This document shows positions 25,543 through 37,925 of a DNA stretch of 64,000 bases, one piece after another. A program made the translations under genes and the position numbers. The notes beneath the pieces were generated by a model. It was not told where the DNA came from, ran no database searches, and saw only the letters and a program-made list of their open reading frames with translations. The stretch lies in NCBI RefSeq assembly GCF_056746865.1, contig NZ_CM163382.1. One strand, 5' to 3'. Numbering within the stretch: the first letter of the stretch is position 1; each line of letters opens with the position of its first letter.

Positions 25543-25715
25543 TTTTGCATCCTGTTCCGTTTGATTGGTGCTTCAACCCGGTTCGGGTCATATATAGGGT
25601 GGTGTTATAGCATAACCGCACGATCGGATCATCACGCAATGTATGCTGATTCGCGCGGGAAATATGGGTATTATACGCAACTCAATTACCCACACATGTC
25701 TAAACGGAATCTTCG

Positions 25716-27101
25716 ATGCTAAAAATCTTCAATACTCTGACACGCCAAAAAGAGGAATTTAAGCCTATTCACGCCGGGGAAGTCGGCATGTACGTGTGTG
25801 GAATCACCGTTTACGATCTCTGTCATATCGGTCACGGGCGTACCTTTGTTGCCTTTGACGTGGTTGCGCGCTATCTGCGTTTCCTCGGCTATAAGCTGAA
25901 GTATGTGCGCAACATTACTGATATCGACGACAAAATCATCAAACGCGCCAATGAAAATGGCGAAAGCTTTGTGGCGCTGGTGGATCGCATGATCGCCGAA
26001 ATGCACAAAGATTTTGATGCTTTGAACATTCTGCGCCCGGATATGGAGCCGCGCGCGACGCACCATATCGCAGAAATTATTGAACTCACTGAACAACTGA
26101 TCGCCAAAGGTCACGCTTATGTGGCGGACAACGGCGACGTGATGTTTGACGTACCGACCGATCCGACATATGGCGTGCTGTCGCGTCAGGATCTCGACCA
26201 GCTGCAGGCAGGCGCGCGCGTTGACGTGGTCGACGACAAACGCAACCCGATGGATTTCGTTCTGTGGAAGATGTCGAAAGAGGGCGAACCGAGCTGGCCG
26301 TCGCCGTGGGGCCCGGGCCGTCCAGGCTGGCACATTGAATGTTCGGCAATGAACTGCAAGCAGCTGGGGAACCACTTTGATATCCACGGCGGCGGTTCTG
26401 ACCTGATGTTCCCACACCACGAAAACGAAATCGCTCAGTCCACCTGTGCGCATGATGGTCAGTATGTGAACTACTGGATGCACTCCGGGATGGTAATGGT
26501 TGACCGCGAGAAGATGTCCAAATCGCTGGGTAACTTCTTCACCGTGCGCGATGTGCTGAAATACTACGATGCCGAAACCGTGCGTTACTTCCTGATGTCG
26601 GGCCACTATCGCAGCCAGCTGAACTACAGCGAAGAGAACCTGAAGCAGGCGCGTGCGGCGCTGGAGCGTCTCTACACTGCGCTGCGCGGCACCGATAAAA
26701 CCGTTGCGCCTGCGGGTGGCGAAGCGTTTGAAGCGCGCTTTATTGAAGCGATGGACGACGATTTCAACACCCCGGAAGCCTATTCCGTGCTGTTTGATAT
26801 GGCGCGTGAAGTAAACCGTCTGAAAGCAGAAGATATGGCAGCGGCAAACGCGATGGCGTCTCATCTGCGTAAACTTTCCTCCGTATTGGGCCTGCTGGAG
26901 CAAGAACCGGAAGCGTTCCTGCAAAGCGGCGCGCAGGCAGACGACAGCGAAGTGGCTGAGATTGAAGCGTTAATTCAACAGCGTCTGGATGCCCGTAAAG
27001 CGAAAGACTGGGCGGCGGCAGATGCGGCGCGTGACCGTCTTAACGAGATGGGGATCGTGCTGGAAGATGGCCCGCAAGGGACCACCTGGCGTCGTAAGTA
27101 A
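25716..27101 (+). CDS. cysS: Cysteine--tRNA ligase
   Basis: 461 aa; class I motifs HIGH (CHIGHGR) and KMSKS. Confidence 0.95.
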   Translation: MLKIFNTLTRQKEEFKPIHAGEVGMYVCGITVYDLCHIGHGRTFVAFDVVARYLRFLGYKLKYVRNITDIDDKIIKRANENGESFVALVDRMIAEMHKDFDALNILRPDMEPRATHHIAEIIELTEQLIAKGHAYVADNGDVMFDVPTDPTYGVLSRQDLDQLQAGARVDVVDDKRNPMDFVLWKMSKEGEPSWPSPWGPGRPGWHIECSAMNCKQLGNHFDIHGGGSDLMFPHHENEIAQSTCAHDGQYVNYWMHSGMVMVDREKMSKSLGNFFTVRDVLKYYDAETVRYFLMSGHYRSQLNYSEENLKQARAALERLYTALRGTDKTVAPAGGEAFEARFIEAMDDDFNTPEAYSVLFDMAREVNRLKAEDMAAANAMASHLRKLSSVLGLLEQEPEAFLQSGAQADDSEVAEIEALIQQRLDARKAKDWAAADAARDRLNEMGIVLEDGPQGTTWRRK

Positions 27102-27136
27102 TTGCGCTATTGCCGGATGCGAGTTTTCGCATCCGG

Positions 27137-27658
27137 TTATCGTCTGCGCCACCACAACATTCCCATCAGTAGCATCCCCGGCAACCACACCCACATCAAT
27201 TCAGAAATAATCACCTGATGCCCGTACGGTGTGCTGTAACGAGACAATGCAAACGGCGCGACTTTAATCACCTGCCAGGGAGCGAAAAAGCGTTCATCTG
27301 ACCACGGCCACAGCCAGCCAACCCCTTTACCGCCAGTGGTTACCGAATCCAGCAAGCTGTGCGATAGCAACGAGACGGTTAAAAACAGCCAGCAGCGAAT
27401 CAGCCCAGCCCTGAACCATCGGCGTCCAATCAGCACACATAACAGCGGGACAACAAACGCAAACACCAGCGAATGGGTAAACCCGCGATGACCAAAAACA
27501 TTGCCGTAAGCAACGCCAAATTTAAACGACAAGACGTCGGCATCGGGCAGCATCGCCAGGATGATTCCGGCAAATAACAGGCGCGGAGGGATGACTTTCG
27601 AACCCAACCCTAAACCAATGCAAAGGGGAACGGCGGCGTGCGTAATAACGGTTGGCAT
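27137..27658 (-). CDS. ybcI: Inner-membrane metal-dependent hydrolase-like protein
   Basis: 173 aa; hydrophobic, His-rich. Confidence 0.8.
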   Translation of the reverse strand: MPTVITHAAVPLCIGLGLGSKVIPPRLLFAGIILAMLPDADVLSFKFGVAYGNVFGHRGFTHSLVFAFVVPLLCVLIGRRWFRAGLIRCWLFLTVSLLSHSLLDSVTTGGKGVGWLWPWSDERFFAPWQVIKVAPFALSRYSTPYGHQVIISELMWVWLPGMLLMGMLWWRRR

Positions 27659-27765
27659 GATGGTCCCTTCGGCAAAATGTCGATGCTATCAGCATGGATG
27701 AACGGGGCGTAGAGGGCAAAAGTCTGAAAAGAGAACCGGCCTGTTGATACAGGCCGGGGAAGGGA

Positions 27766-27978
27766 TCAGGCAACAACCTGTACGCTGTGACCGGCAAAAC
27801 TCACTGTCTGACCGGCGACGATTTTGCAGCGTTTGCGCGTTTCAACCGCACCGTCGACTTTTACCTGGCCTTCGGCAATCGCGATTTTCGCCTGCGCGCC
27901 GCTTTCGCTCCAGCCTTCCAGTTTCAGCAAGTCGCACAGCTCAACGTGCGGATGTTTACCTAAAGAAAATGTCGCCAT
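27766..27978 (-). CDS. ybcJ: S4-like RNA-binding protein
   Basis: 70 aa from MATFSLGKHPHVEL...; upstream of folD. Confidence 0.8.
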   Translation of the reverse strand: MATFSLGKHPHVELCDLLKLEGWSESGAQAKIAIAEGQVKVDGAVETRKRCKIVAGQTVSFAGHSVQVVA

Positions 27979-27979
27979 G

Positions 27980-28846
27980 TTACTCACCCTGTGGATCATG
28001 ATATTCAACGCACGCCTGTAGCGTGTTTTCAATCAGCGTGGCAACCGTCATCGGGCCAACGCCGCCGGGAACAGGCGTAATGTATGAGGCGCGTTTAGCC
28101 GCGTCTTCAAACACGACGTCGCCCACAACTTTGCCATTTTCCAGACGGTTGATGCCGACATCAATCACAATTGCGCCTTCTTTGATCCAGTCACCGGGAA
28201 TAAAGCCTGGCTTACCGACGGCAACGATCAATAGATCGGCATTTTCTACGTGGTGACGCAGATTTTTAGTGAAACGGTGAGTCACGGTGGTGGTGCAACC
28301 TGCCAGTAGCAGTTCCATGCTCATCGGGCGGCCAACGATATTCGATGCGCCAATCACCACGGCGTTGAGGCCGAAGGTATCAATGTTGTAACGCTCAAGC
28401 AGCGTGACAATACCGCGCGGGGTGCAGGGACGCAGACGCGGCGCGCGCTGGCACAGGCGACCGACGTTATAAGGATGGAAACCGTCTACGTCTTTGTCCG
28501 GGTGAATTCGTTCCAGCACTTTGACGTTATCAATACCCGCCGGTAACGGCAGTTGAACCAGAATGCCATCGATGGTGTTGTCGGCATTCAGCGTATCGAT
28601 AAGCTCCAGCAGCTCCGCTTCGCTGGTGGTTTCCGGGAGGTCGTAAGAGCGGGAGACGAACCCGACTTCTTCACAAGCCTTGCGTTTGCTTGCGACATAA
28701 ATTTGCGATGCAGGGTTACTACCCACCAGCACAACGGCCAGTCCTGGTGCCCGCAGTCCGGCTGCAATACGCGCCTGAACTTTTTGAGCAACTTCAGAGC
28801 GCACCTGCTGCGCAATCGTTTTACCGTCAATAATCTTTGCTGCCAT
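27980..28846 (-). CDS. folD: Bifunctional methylenetetrahydrofolate dehydrogenase/cyclohydrolase
   Basis: 288 aa; recognised as FolD. Confidence 0.95.
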   Translation of the reverse strand: MAAKIIDGKTIAQQVRSEVAQKVQARIAAGLRAPGLAVVLVGSNPASQIYVASKRKACEEVGFVSRSYDLPETTSEAELLELIDTLNADNTIDGILVQLPLPAGIDNVKVLERIHPDKDVDGFHPYNVGRLCQRAPRLRPCTPRGIVTLLERYNIDTFGLNAVVIGASNIVGRPMSMELLLAGCTTTVTHRFTKNLRHHVENADLLIVAVGKPGFIPGDWIKEGAIVIDVGINRLENGKVVGDVVFEDAAKRASYITPVPGGVGPMTVATLIENTLQACVEYHDPQGE

Positions 28847-29316
28847 CAGAGAGAGGATTCCATCTGTTACGTAGGTCGAAGGGGATGCGCCTATTTTGTC
28901 AGAAGCGGGGCGCGCTGTCAGGTTTCGTTTCAGATTTATCGCGTGAAGCGACCTCGTGCGAAGGTGAGGCGCACTGTCGCTGAGATTGAAAGCTTCATTT
29001 TTCGTCCATGATGGCGTTGTAAATCTGGAACTGACTTATTTCCTTGTCAAAGGATTAAGATAATTTAAGAAATACCTGACAATATAAAAAGAATTTTCGG
29101 CCTGGTAATTTACCGCTTCAGGTCTATATTTGTGTTGAATATATTTTGCGCGGAAGTATTCATCTAACGGGGCTCTCTATTTTTTAGAATAGAGTGCATA
29201 TTTTCAATTAAGACATTCTTAGAGGATAAAAAGGAATTTACTACTATCAGTGTCTTAAATAAAGTAATCGGTTATATACGGATGTGGAGTCGATAAATGA
29301 GATTGAAGGAATATAT

Positions 29317-29859
29317 ATGAAATTAAGATTTATTTCGTCTGCGCTGGCCGCCGCACTATTCGCCGCTACGGGTAGTTATGCTGCCGTTGTAGATGGCGGT
29401 ACAATTCACTTTGAAGGCGAACTGGTGAATGCTGCCTGTTCAGTGAATACTGACTCGGCAGACCAGGTTGTCACACTCGGTCAATATCGTACCGATATTT
29501 TCAATGCTGTTGGTAATACCTCTGCATTAATTCCATTCACTATACAGTTGAACGACTGCGATCCTGTCGTTGCCGCTAATGCTGCCGTTGCATTTTCTGG
29601 TCAGGCGGATGCAATCAATGATAATTTATTGGCCATTGCATCCAGTACTAATACAACAACAGCAACGGGTGTCGGTATTGAAATACTTGATAATACATCC
29701 GCAATTCTCAAACCTGATGGGAATAGCTTCTCAACCAACCAGAACTTGATCCCCGGGACCAACGTTCTTCATTTTTCTGCACGTTATAAAGGCACCGGTA
29801 CAAGTGCATCAGCAGGGCAAGCAAATGCTGACGCGACTTTTATTATGAGATACGAATAA
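29317..29859 (+). CDS. sfmA: Type 1-like fimbrial major subunit
   Basis: 180 aa from ATG 29317 with signal peptide; fimbrial-subunit C-terminus. Confidence 0.85.
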   Translation: MKLRFISSALAAALFAATGSYAAVVDGGTIHFEGELVNAACSVNTDSADQVVTLGQYRTDIFNAVGNTSALIPFTIQLNDCDPVVAANAAVAFSGQADAINDNLLAIASSTNTTTATGVGIEILDNTSAILKPDGNSFSTNQNLIPGTNVLHFSARYKGTGTSASAGQANADATFIMRYE

Positions 29860-30078
29860 TCAAAACCACGTTGTTTTGAATTATATATCACGTCTTATAA
29901 CAAAGTAATGTACCGGTTGTCTGAAGCGGTATGGTGGCAATGTAAATCGAAATCATATTCACTTTGTATCATGCCGCTTTATTAAATGAAAAGGGAATGA
30001 TGTGTTGTAAGAAACCAAAGCAATCATTTCTTTATATTTCTTATTTTTGCCGTCAGGAATACACAAGGCGTATTAACT

Positions 30079-30771
30079 ATGATGACTAAAATAAAGTTAT
30101 TGATGCTCATTATATTTTATTTAATCATTTCGGCCAGCGCTCATGCTGCCGGAGGGATCGCATTAGGTGCCACGCGTATTATTTATCCCGCTGATGCTAA
30201 ACAGACTGCGGTATGGATTAGAAATAGCCATACCAATGAGCGCTTTCTGGTCAATTCATGGATTGAAAACAGCAGCGGTGTAAAAGAAAAGTCATTCATC
30301 ATTACACCGCCACTGTTTGTTAGTGAACCCAAAAGCGAAAATACTTTGCGTATTATTTACACCGGTCCACCGCTGGCGGCAGATCGTGAGTCTCTGTTCT
30401 GGATGAATGTTAAGACGATCCCTTCGGTAGATAAAAATGCATTGAACGGCAGGAATGTTTTGCAACTGGCGATTTTATCGCGCATGAAATTATTTCTCCG
30501 TCCAATTCAATTACAAGAATTACCCGCAGAAGCGCCGTACACACTCAAGTTTTCGCGATCCGGTAACTATATCAATGTTCATAATCCATCACCTTTTTAT
30601 GTCACCCTGGTTAACTTGCAAGTGGGCAGCCAAAAACTGGGGAATGCTATGGCTGCACCCAGAGTTAATTCACAAATTCCCTTACCCTCAGGAGTGCAGG
30701 GAAAGCTGAAATTTCAGACCGTTAATGATTATGGTTCAGTAACCCCGGTCAGAGAAGTGAACTTAAACTAA
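30079..30771 (+). CDS. sfmC: Periplasmic fimbrial chaperone (PapD-like)
   Basis: 230 aa; signal peptide; chaperone fold. Confidence 0.88.
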   Translation: MMTKIKLLMLIIFYLIISASAHAAGGIALGATRIIYPADAKQTAVWIRNSHTNERFLVNSWIENSSGVKEKSFIITPPLFVSEPKSENTLRIIYTGPPLAADRESLFWMNVKTIPSVDKNALNGRNVLQLAILSRMKLFLRPIQLQELPAEAPYTLKFSRSGNYINVHNPSPFYVTLVNLQVGSQKLGNAMAAPRVNSQIPLPSGVQGKLKFQTVNDYGSVTPVREVNLN

Positions 30772-30801
30772 CCGAATCATCTGACAATATCAGAGCTAAT
30801 T

Positions 30802-33411
30802 ATGAAAATACCCACTACTACGGATATTCCGCAGAGGTATACCTGGTGTCTGGCCGGAATTTGTTATTCATCTCTTGCCATTTTACCCTCCTTTTTAAGC
30901 TATGCGGAAAGTTATTTCAACCCGGCATTTTTATTAGAGAATGGCACATCCGTTGCTGATTTATCGCGCTTTGAGAGAGGTAATCATCAACCTGCGGGCG
31001 TGTATCGGGTGGATCTCTGGCGTAATGATGAGTTCATTGGTTCACAGGATATCGTATTTGAATCGACGACAGTAAATACAGGTGATAAATCAGGTGGGTT
31101 AATGCCTTGTTTTAATCAGGCACTCCTTGAACGAATTGGCCTTAATAGCAGTGCATTCCCCGAGTTAGCCCAGCAGCAAAATAATAAATGCATTAATTTA
31201 CTGAAAGCTGTACCTGATGCCACAATTAACTTTGATTTTGCAGCGATGCGCCTGAACATCACTATTCCTCAGATAGCGTTGTTGAGTAGCGCTCACGGTT
31301 ACATTCCGCCTGAAGAGTGGGATGAAGGTATTCCTGCTTTACTCCTGAATTATAATTTCACCGGTAACAGAGGTAATGGTAACGATAGCTATTTTTTTAG
31401 TGAGCTCAGCGGGATTAATATTGGCCCGTGGCGTTTACGCAACAATGGTTCCTGGAACTATTTTCGCGGAAATGGATATCATTCAGAACAGTGGAATAAT
31501 ATTGGCACCTGGGTACAGCGCGCCATTATTCCGCTGAAAAGTGAACTGGTAATGGGAGACGGCAATACAGGAAGTGATATTTTCGATGGCGTTGGATTTC
31601 GTGGTGTACGGCTTTATTCTTCCGATAATATGTATCCTGATAGCCAGCAAGGGTTTGCCCCAACGGTACGTGGGATTGCCCGTACGGCGGCCCAGCTAAC
31701 GATTCGGCAAAATGGTTTTATTATCTATCAAAGCTATGTTTCCCCCGGCGCTTTTGAAATTACAGATTTGCACCCGACATCTTCAAATGGCGATCTGGAT
31801 GTCACCATCGACGAGCGCGATGGCAATCAGCAGAATTATACAATTCCGTATTCAACAGTGCCGATTTTACAACGCGAAGGGCGTTTCAAATTTGACCTGA
31901 CGGCGGGCGATTTTCGTAGCGGTAATAGTCAGCAATCATCGCCTTTCTTTTTTCAGGGTACGGCACTCGGCGGTTTACCACAGGAATTTACTGCCTACGG
32001 CGGGACGCAATTATCTGCAAATTACACCGCCTTTTTGTTAGGGTTGGGGCGCAACCTCGGGAACTGGGGCGCAGTGTCGCTGGATGTAACGCATGCGCGC
32101 AGTCAGTTAGCCGACGACAGTCGTCATGAGGGGGATTCCATTCGCTTCCTCTATGCGAAATCAATGAACACTTTCGGCACCAATTTTCAGTTAATGGGTT
32201 ACCGCTATTCGACACAAGGTTTTTATACCCTTGATGATGTTGCGTATCGTCGAATGGAGGGGTACGAATATGATTACGATTATGACGGTGAGCATCGCGA
32301 TGAACCGATAATCGTGAATTACCACAATTTACGCTTTAGCCGTAAAGACCGTTTGCAGTTAAATATTTCACAATCACTTAATGACTTTGGCTCGCTTTAT
32401 ATTTCTGGTACCCATCAAAAATACTGGAATACTTCGGATTCAGATACGTGGTATCAGGTGGGGTATACCAGCAGCTGGGTTGGCATCAGTTATTCGCTCT
32501 CATTTTCGTGGAATGAATCTGTAGGGATTCCCGATAACGAACGTATTGTCGGACTTAATGTTTCAGTGCCTTTCAATGTTTTGACCAAACGTCGCTACAC
32601 CCGGGAAAATGCGCTCGACCGCGCTTATGCCTCCTTTAACGCCAACCGTAACAGCAACGGGCAAAATAGCTGGCTGGCAGGTGTAGGTGGGACCTTACTG
32701 GAAGGCCACAACCTGAGTTATCACGTAAGCCAGGGCGATACCTCGAATAATGGGTATACGGGTAGCGCTACGGCAAACTGGCAGGCCACTTACGGTACGC
32801 TGGGGGTCGGGTATAACTACGACCGCGATCAACATGACGTTAACTGGCAGCTGTCTGGCGGTGTGGTCGGGCATGAAAATGGTATAACGCTGAGCCAGCC
32901 TTTAGGGGATACCAATGTTTTGATTAAAGCGCCTGGCGCAGGCGGTGTACGCATTGAAAATCAAACTGGCATTTTAACCGACTGGCGCGGCTATGCGGTG
33001 ATGCCGTATGCCACGGTTTATCGGTATAACCGTATCGCGCTTGATACCAATACGATGGGGAATTCCATCGATGTTGAAAAAAATATTAGCAGCGTTGTGC
33101 CGACGCAAGGCGCGTTGGTTCGTGCCAATTTTGATACCCGCATAGGCGTGCGGGCGCTCATTACCGTTACCCAGGGCGGAAAACCGGTGCCGTTTGGATC
33201 ACTGGTACGGGAAAACAGTACCGGAATAACCAGTATGGTGGGTGATGACGGGCAAGTTTATTTAAGCGGTGCGCCATTGTCTGGTGAATTACTGGTTCAG
33301 TGGGGAGACGGTGCAAACTCACGCTGCATTGCGCACTATGTATTGCCGAAGCAAAGCTTACAGCAAGCCGTCACTGTTATTTCGGCAGTTTGCACACATC
33401 CTGGCTCATAA
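30802..33411 (+). CDS. sfmD: Outer-membrane fimbrial usher
   Basis: 869 aa usher. Confidence 0.9.
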   Translation: MKIPTTTDIPQRYTWCLAGICYSSLAILPSFLSYAESYFNPAFLLENGTSVADLSRFERGNHQPAGVYRVDLWRNDEFIGSQDIVFESTTVNTGDKSGGLMPCFNQALLERIGLNSSAFPELAQQQNNKCINLLKAVPDATINFDFAAMRLNITIPQIALLSSAHGYIPPEEWDEGIPALLLNYNFTGNRGNGNDSYFFSELSGINIGPWRLRNNGSWNYFRGNGYHSEQWNNIGTWVQRAIIPLKSELVMGDGNTGSDIFDGVGFRGVRLYSSDNMYPDSQQGFAPTVRGIARTAAQLTIRQNGFIIYQSYVSPGAFEITDLHPTSSNGDLDVTIDERDGNQQNYTIPYSTVPILQREGRFKFDLTAGDFRSGNSQQSSPFFFQGTALGGLPQEFTAYGGTQLSANYTAFLLGLGRNLGNWGAVSLDVTHARSQLADDSRHEGDSIRFLYAKSMNTFGTNFQLMGYRYSTQGFYTLDDVAYRRMEGYEYDYDYDGEHRDEPIIVNYHNLRFSRKDRLQLNISQSLNDFGSLYISGTHQKYWNTSDSDTWYQVGYTSSWVGISYSLSFSWNESVGIPDNERIVGLNVSVPFNVLTKRRYTRENALDRAYASFNANRNSNGQNSWLAGVGGTLLEGHNLSYHVSQGDTSNNGYTGSATANWQATYGTLGVGYNYDRDQHDVNWQLSGGVVGHENGITLSQPLGDTNVLIKAPGAGGVRIENQTGILTDWRGYAVMPYATVYRYNRIALDTNTMGNSIDVEKNISSVVPTQGALVRANFDTRIGVRALITVTQGGKPVPFGSLVRENSTGITSMVGDDGQVYLSGAPLSGELLVQWGDGANSRCIAHYVLPKQSLQQAVTVISAVCTHPGS

Positions 33412-33423
33412 AGGAAATTATCA

Positions 33424-34431
33424 ATGAAGATAATCTGCAGATTATTATTGGCAATGGCATGTTTGTGTCTGGCAAACATATCCTGGGCTACTGTTTGTGC
33501 AAATAGTACTGGCGTAGCAGAAGATGAACACTATGATCTCTCAAATGTCTTTAATAGCACCAATAACCAGCCAGGCCAGATTGTTGTTTTACCGGAAAAA
33601 TCCGGCTGGGTAGGTGTGTCAGCAATTTGTCCACCCGGCACGCTGGTGAATTATACATACCGTAGTTATGTCACTAACTTTATTGTTCAGGAAACTATCG
33701 ATAATTATAAATATATGCAATTAAATGATTATCTATTAGGTGCGATGAGTCTGGTTGATAGCGTGATGGATATTCAATTCCCTCCGCAAAATTATATTCG
33801 TATGGGAACAGATCCTAACGTTTCGCAAAACCTTCCGTTCGGGGTGATGGATTCTCGTTTGATATTTCGTTTAAAGGTTATTCGTCCCTTTATTAACATG
33901 GTGGAGATCCCCAGACAGGTGATGTTTACCGTGTATGTGACATCAACGCCTAACGATCCGTTGGTTACACCTGTTTATACCATTAGTTTTGGTGGCCGGG
34001 TTGAAGTACCGCAAAACTGCGAATTAAATGCCGGGCAAATTGTTGAATTTGATTTTGGTGATATCGGCGCATCGTTATTTAGTGCGGCAGGGCCGGGGAA
34101 TCGACCAGCTGGTGTCATGCCGCAAACCAAGAGCATTGCGATCAAATGTACGAATGTTGCTGCGCAGGCTTATTTAACAATGCGTCTGGAAGCCAGTGCC
34201 GTTTCTGGTCAGGCGATGGTGTCGGACAATCAGGATTTAGGTTTTATTGTGGCCGATCAGAACGATACGCCGATCACGCCTAACGATCTCAATAGCGTTA
34301 TTCCTTTCCGTCTGGATGCAGCTGCGGCAGCCAATGTCACACTTCGCGCCTGGCCTATCAGTATTACCGGTCAAAAACCGACCGAAGGGCCGTTTAGCGC
34401 GCTGGGGTATTTACGCGTCGATTATCAATGA
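33424..34431 (+). CDS. sfmH: Fimbrial adhesin-like tip protein
   Basis: 335 aa; signal peptide; FimH-like position. Confidence 0.8.
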   Translation: MKIICRLLLAMACLCLANISWATVCANSTGVAEDEHYDLSNVFNSTNNQPGQIVVLPEKSGWVGVSAICPPGTLVNYTYRSYVTNFIVQETIDNYKYMQLNDYLLGAMSLVDSVMDIQFPPQNYIRMGTDPNVSQNLPFGVMDSRLIFRLKVIRPFINMVEIPRQVMFTVYVTSTPNDPLVTPVYTISFGGRVEVPQNCELNAGQIVEFDFGDIGASLFSAAGPGNRPAGVMPQTKSIAIKCTNVAAQAYLTMRLEASAVSGQAMVSDNQDLGFIVADQNDTPITPNDLNSVIPFRLDAAAAANVTLRAWPISITGQKPTEGPFSALGYLRVDYQ

Positions 34432-34441
34432 GGTACGGAGA

Positions 34442-34957
34442 ATGAGAAGAGTGCTCTTTAGCTGTTTCTGCGGGCTACTGTGGAGTTCCAGTGGATGGGC
34501 AGTTGACCCTTTAGGAACGATTAATATCAATTTGCACGGTAACGTTGTTGATTTCTCCTGTACCGTAAACACAGCGGATATTGATAAGACGGTAGATTTA
34601 GGCAGATGGCCTACGACACAACTACTGACCGCTGGCGATACCACGGCACTCGTCCCTTTTAGCCTGCGGCTGGAGGGATGTCCTCCGGGTTCAGTCGCGA
34701 TTTTATTTACGGGAACGCCGGCATCCGATACCAATCTGCTGGCTCTGGATGATCCCGCAATGGCACAAACCGTCGCCATCGAATTACGTAATAGCGATCG
34801 CTCCCGGCTCGCACTGGGGGAGGCGAGCCCGACTGAGGAAGTAGATGCAAATGGCAATGTCACACTAAACTTTTTTGCCAATTATCGAGCGTTAGCCAGC
34901 GGTGTTCAGCCAGGTGTGGCGAAAGCGGATGCGATATTTATGATCAATTATAATTAA
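34442..34957 (+). CDS. sfmF: Minor fimbrial subunit
   Basis: 171 aa from ATG 34442 (MRRVLFSCF...); track ORF from 34247 overlaps sfmH and is overextended. Confidence 0.8.
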   Translation: MRRVLFSCFCGLLWSSSGWAVDPLGTININLHGNVVDFSCTVNTADIDKTVDLGRWPTTQLLTAGDTTALVPFSLRLEGCPPGSVAILFTGTPASDTNLLALDDPAMAQTVAIELRNSDRSRLALGEASPTEEVDANGNVTLNFFANYRALASGVQPGVAKADAIFMINYN

Positions 34958-34959
34958 TA

Positions 34960-35592
34960 TTATATTAATTCATATAATTTGGCGTAGTCGATAAGCTCTA
35001 CAATTGAATGCAATCCTAGCTTGCCATAAATATTAGATTTATGCGCACTAACTGTTTTATTGCTAAGTAATAACTTATCGGCAATTTCTTTATTAGATAA
35101 TCCGCTGACCAGATAACGTAATATCGTCACTTCACGATTAGATAGCACAGTGATCGTTGAACTATTCGTGCTACATTTATTGCTTTTTATATAGTTGAGC
35201 GTTTCGCTGGGAAAAAAAGTGTATCCGGAGAGGATCATCTGAACGGCATGAAAAATATCATTCTGATCATTGCATTTACTGACAAAACCGTTAGCACCAG
35301 CTTGTATCGCTCTGCCAGCATAAAAGCATTCTGATTTCGATGATAAAAATAATACTTTCACTGTGCTCTGGATTTGTTTGATCCTTTTCAGGAAGGTAAA
35401 ACCGTCTGTTCCGGGCAAGTCTATATCCATAATGATTAAATCAACAGGACGGGTTCGGAGATAATCGATGGTTATGCGATAATCATCCGTTTTCAGGACA
35501 ATTTGCAATTCACTGTTTTTTTGCAACAGAACTTCAATAGACATTCTGATGATAGGATGAGTATCCATAATGATCACCGACGTTGGTTTCAT
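34960..35592 (-). CDS. fimZ: LuxR/NarL-family response regulator
   Basis: 210 aa from MKPTSVIIMDTHPII...; receiver domain plus LuxR HTH. Confidence 0.88.
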   Translation of the reverse strand: MKPTSVIIMDTHPIIRMSIEVLLQKNSELQIVLKTDDYRITIDYLRTRPVDLIIMDIDLPGTDGFTFLKRIKQIQSTVKVLFLSSKSECFYAGRAIQAGANGFVSKCNDQNDIFHAVQMILSGYTFFPSETLNYIKSNKCSTNSSTITVLSNREVTILRYLVSGLSNKEIADKLLLSNKTVSAHKSNIYGKLGLHSIVELIDYAKLYELI

Positions 35593-35776
35593 AGTTACCA
35601 GTCTCATAGGATCGGACAATTTTCCGTTAGGGCGGGAAATTGTACTTTGATACATGAAAATACGGGTTTTCTTGATTCAGACGCGCAGCGGTGTACGTTT
35701 GTTTGCCGCTATAGCGAAATAAATCAGAAAATCAGACGCGGTCGTTCACTTGTTCAGCAACCAGATCAAAAGCCAT

Positions 35777-35812
35777 TGACTCAGCAAGGGTTGACCGTAT
35801 AATTCACGCGAT
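35777..35812 (+). promoter_or_regulatory. argU promoter (ttgacc-17 bp-tataat)
   Basis: ggttgaccgtataattcacgcgattacac immediately upstream of the tRNA. Confidence 0.55.
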
Positions 35813-35834
35813 TACACCGCATTGCGGTATCAAC

Positions 35835-35911
35835 GCGCCCTTAGCTCAGTTGGATAGAGCAACGACCTTCTAAGTCGTGGGCCGCAGGTTCGAATCCTGC
35901 AGGGCGCGCCA
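35835..35911 (+). tRNA. argU: tRNA-Arg (anticodon TCT, reads AGA/AGG)
   Basis: 77-nt cloverleaf GCGCCCTTAGCTCAGTTGGATAGAGC...TCTAA...GGTTCGAATCCTGCAGGGCGCGCCA. Confidence 0.95.
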
Positions 35912-35926
35912 TTACAATTCAATCAG

Positions 35927-37090
35927 TTACGCCTTCTTTATATCCTCCATAATTCCAGAGTGGGACATATTTGGGACATTATCACCAAAAATGTCGTCTA
36001 TTTTCCTCGCATGCTCTGTCAAATGATTAGGCGCAAGGTGAGCATACCTACGAACCATTTCTATGGACTCCCATCCGCCCATTTCCTGAAGCACTGATAA
36101 TGGGACGCCTGACTGAATCAGCCAGCTTGCCCAGGTGTGTCTGAGGTCATGGAAACGGAAATCTTCAATTCCTGCACGACGACAAGCTGATAGCCATGAT
36201 GTCTTGCTGTCGATGCGCATCTTCCTGACCGCAGGCGTTGATGTTCCATCTGCTCGCTTAGCCGCCTTGGTATGTACAAACACCCATTTGTGATGCTTGC
36301 CTATTTGATCACGCAACACTTTACAGGCGGTATCGTTCAGCGCCACACCAATGGCGCGGTTTGATTTGCTCTCTTCTGGATTCACCCAGGCAACTCGTCG
36401 CTGCATGTCGATTTGTTGCCATTCCAGATTTATGATGTTCGACTTTCTCAGACCAGTTGCCAGCGCAAACTTGACGACAGATTTCAGTGGTTCGGGGCAC
36501 TCATCAATAAGGCGTTTTGCTTCCTCCTTTTCCAGCCATCTGACTCGCTTGTTTCTGACCGCTGGTATCTTGATGACAGGCGCTTTTTCCAGCCACTTCC
36601 AGTCGCGTTCTGCAGCACGGAGAATGGCCTTTATCATGGCAAGATGCTTTGCCTTTGTCTGAGTTGATACTGGCTTTGGTTCATAAACAGGCAGTTCTTT
36701 ACCTTTCCTGATGGCGGCCTGAACTTTCTGTTTCCATATTTCTTTCGTCTTTCTGTTATGCATTCTGCTTACAGCAGAGTAAATCTTTGCCTCCGAGATA
36801 TCTTTAAGCCTTATACCCTCAAAATGTTCAAGCCAGAACTCAATCCGGCTTTTATCTGAATCGAGAGATTTTTTATCAGCTTTTTCCTCAAGCCATCTTA
36901 GGCAGGCCTCTTCAAAAGTGACATCAGGTAAATCCCCTAGCTTTTCTACTCGCCAGAGTTCTGCTTTTCGCTTGTCGTGCAACTCCTGAGCTTGCCGCTT
37001 GTCCTTTGTGCCAAGAGATTCCTTAATTCGTTTCCCGCCCGGGAGCGAATACGAGGCATACCATATTTCATTTCTGCGGAAGAGTGACAT
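35927..37090 (-). CDS. intD: Tyrosine integrase (DLP12 IntD type)
   Basis: 387 aa; C-terminal catalytic R..HxxR..Y region; adjacent to tRNA. Confidence 0.9.
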   Translation of the reverse strand: MSLFRRNEIWYASYSLPGGKRIKESLGTKDKRQAQELHDKRKAELWRVEKLGDLPDVTFEEACLRWLEEKADKKSLDSDKSRIEFWLEHFEGIRLKDISEAKIYSAVSRMHNRKTKEIWKQKVQAAIRKGKELPVYEPKPVSTQTKAKHLAMIKAILRAAERDWKWLEKAPVIKIPAVRNKRVRWLEKEEAKRLIDECPEPLKSVVKFALATGLRKSNIINLEWQQIDMQRRVAWVNPEESKSNRAIGVALNDTACKVLRDQIGKHHKWVFVHTKAAKRADGTSTPAVRKMRIDSKTSWLSACRRAGIEDFRFHDLRHTWASWLIQSGVPLSVLQEMGGWESIEMVRRYAHLAPNHLTEHARKIDDIFGDNVPNMSHSGIMEDIKKA

Positions 37091-37317
37091 TTTCTTTCCT
37101 CTGTTATGCCATCACCCGCGCTCACCTGGACAGTATGCAGCGGAGACTGAAGCGCCGCAATGCAGGCTTGCCGTGTTGTGAGGTAAGGAGATTTTGGCTT
37201 GGTTGGATCTTTACGTGTTGCCTGTAGGCGGCCTGTTCGTATCCAGTTGGTGGCGGTTGGTCTGGATATCTTAAGAAACTGACAGGCCTCATCGAGTGTG
37301 AGGCTGTATGATTCCAT
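36946..37317 (-). CDS. Excisionase-like HTH protein (AlpA/Xis family), overlapping int start
   Basis: Track ORF 36946-37347; likely start [31 protein letters not shown]; exact 3' boundary uncertain. Confidence 0.55.
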   Translation of the reverse strand: MESYSLTLDEACQFLKISRPTATNWIRTGRLQATRKDPTKPKSPYLTTRQACIAALQSPLHTVQVSAGDGITEERKCHSSAEMKYGMPRIRSRAGNELRNLLAQRTSGKLRSCTTSEKQNSGE

Positions 37318-37567
37318 GGTTACCTCTGCTTTTTGAACGCATGTCACGTAACTTCTTAATGTGTTCTGCCGTTTCGATCTCTTCTGCTATCCGATCTGCA
37401 TCAGCTTTATTCACAGGTTCAAAGTCATGATTAAAGCGGAACATGCTGGCGATACATGTTCTGCCTTTTCGGATGTAGTGAACTTTGTTGTGGGTAGAAC
37501 GCAGGATTTTGCAGGGAGTGCCGTGGTGGTCGACGTACCAGGTGTTAGGAAAAATGATTCTGAACAT
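37289..37567 (-). CDS. Hypothetical phage protein
   Basis: 92-aa ORF in early-left operon; no recognisable motif. Confidence 0.35.
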   Translation of the reverse strand: MFRIIFPNTWYVDHHGTPCKILRSTHNKVHYIRKGRTCIASMFRFNHDFEPVNKADADRIAEEIETAEHIKKLRDMRSKSRGNHGIIQPHTR

Positions 37568-37614
37568 TTTTACACCTCAGTTGGACGATGTTGAAATTTG
37601 CTGCTTTGAGGCCA

Positions 37615-37833
37615 TCATAGTCCCCATTGTTTGTTCTTAAGTTCGATCTCCTCCTGGCAACTTGCACAAGTCCGACAACCCTGAACAGCCAGGCGTCTTC
37701 GCTCATCTATCGGATCGCCACACTCACAACAATGAGTTGCGGATACAGTCTGGTAGTTCAGACGACGCATTTTTATTGCTGTATTGCGCTGTAATTCTTC
37801 GATTTCTGATGCTGAATCAATGATGTCTGCCAT
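37615..37833 (-). CDS. TraR/DksA-family C4 zinc-finger protein
   Basis: 72 aa; CxxC-x17-CxxC (CCECGDPIDERRRLAVQGCRTCASC). Confidence 0.7.
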   Translation of the reverse strand: MADIIDSASEIEELQRNTAIKMRRLNYQTVSATHCCECGDPIDERRRLAVQGCRTCASCQEEIELKNKQWGL

Positions 37834-37925
37834 CTTCCATTAATCCCTGAATTGTTGGTTAATACGCTTGAGGATGAATGCGAACAATAAAAAAGGAGCC
37901 TGTAGCTCCCTGATGATTTTGCTTT

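Noticed and set aside
25719-26924. 401-aa ORF on the minus strand
   Set aside because: Lies entirely antisense within cysS, which has unmistakable class I aaRS motifs; this is a shadow ORF
34247-34441. Long form of sfmF overlapping sfmH
   Set aside because: The signal peptide begins at MRRVLFSCF (ATG 34442); the upstream part overlaps the sfmH 3' end in another frame
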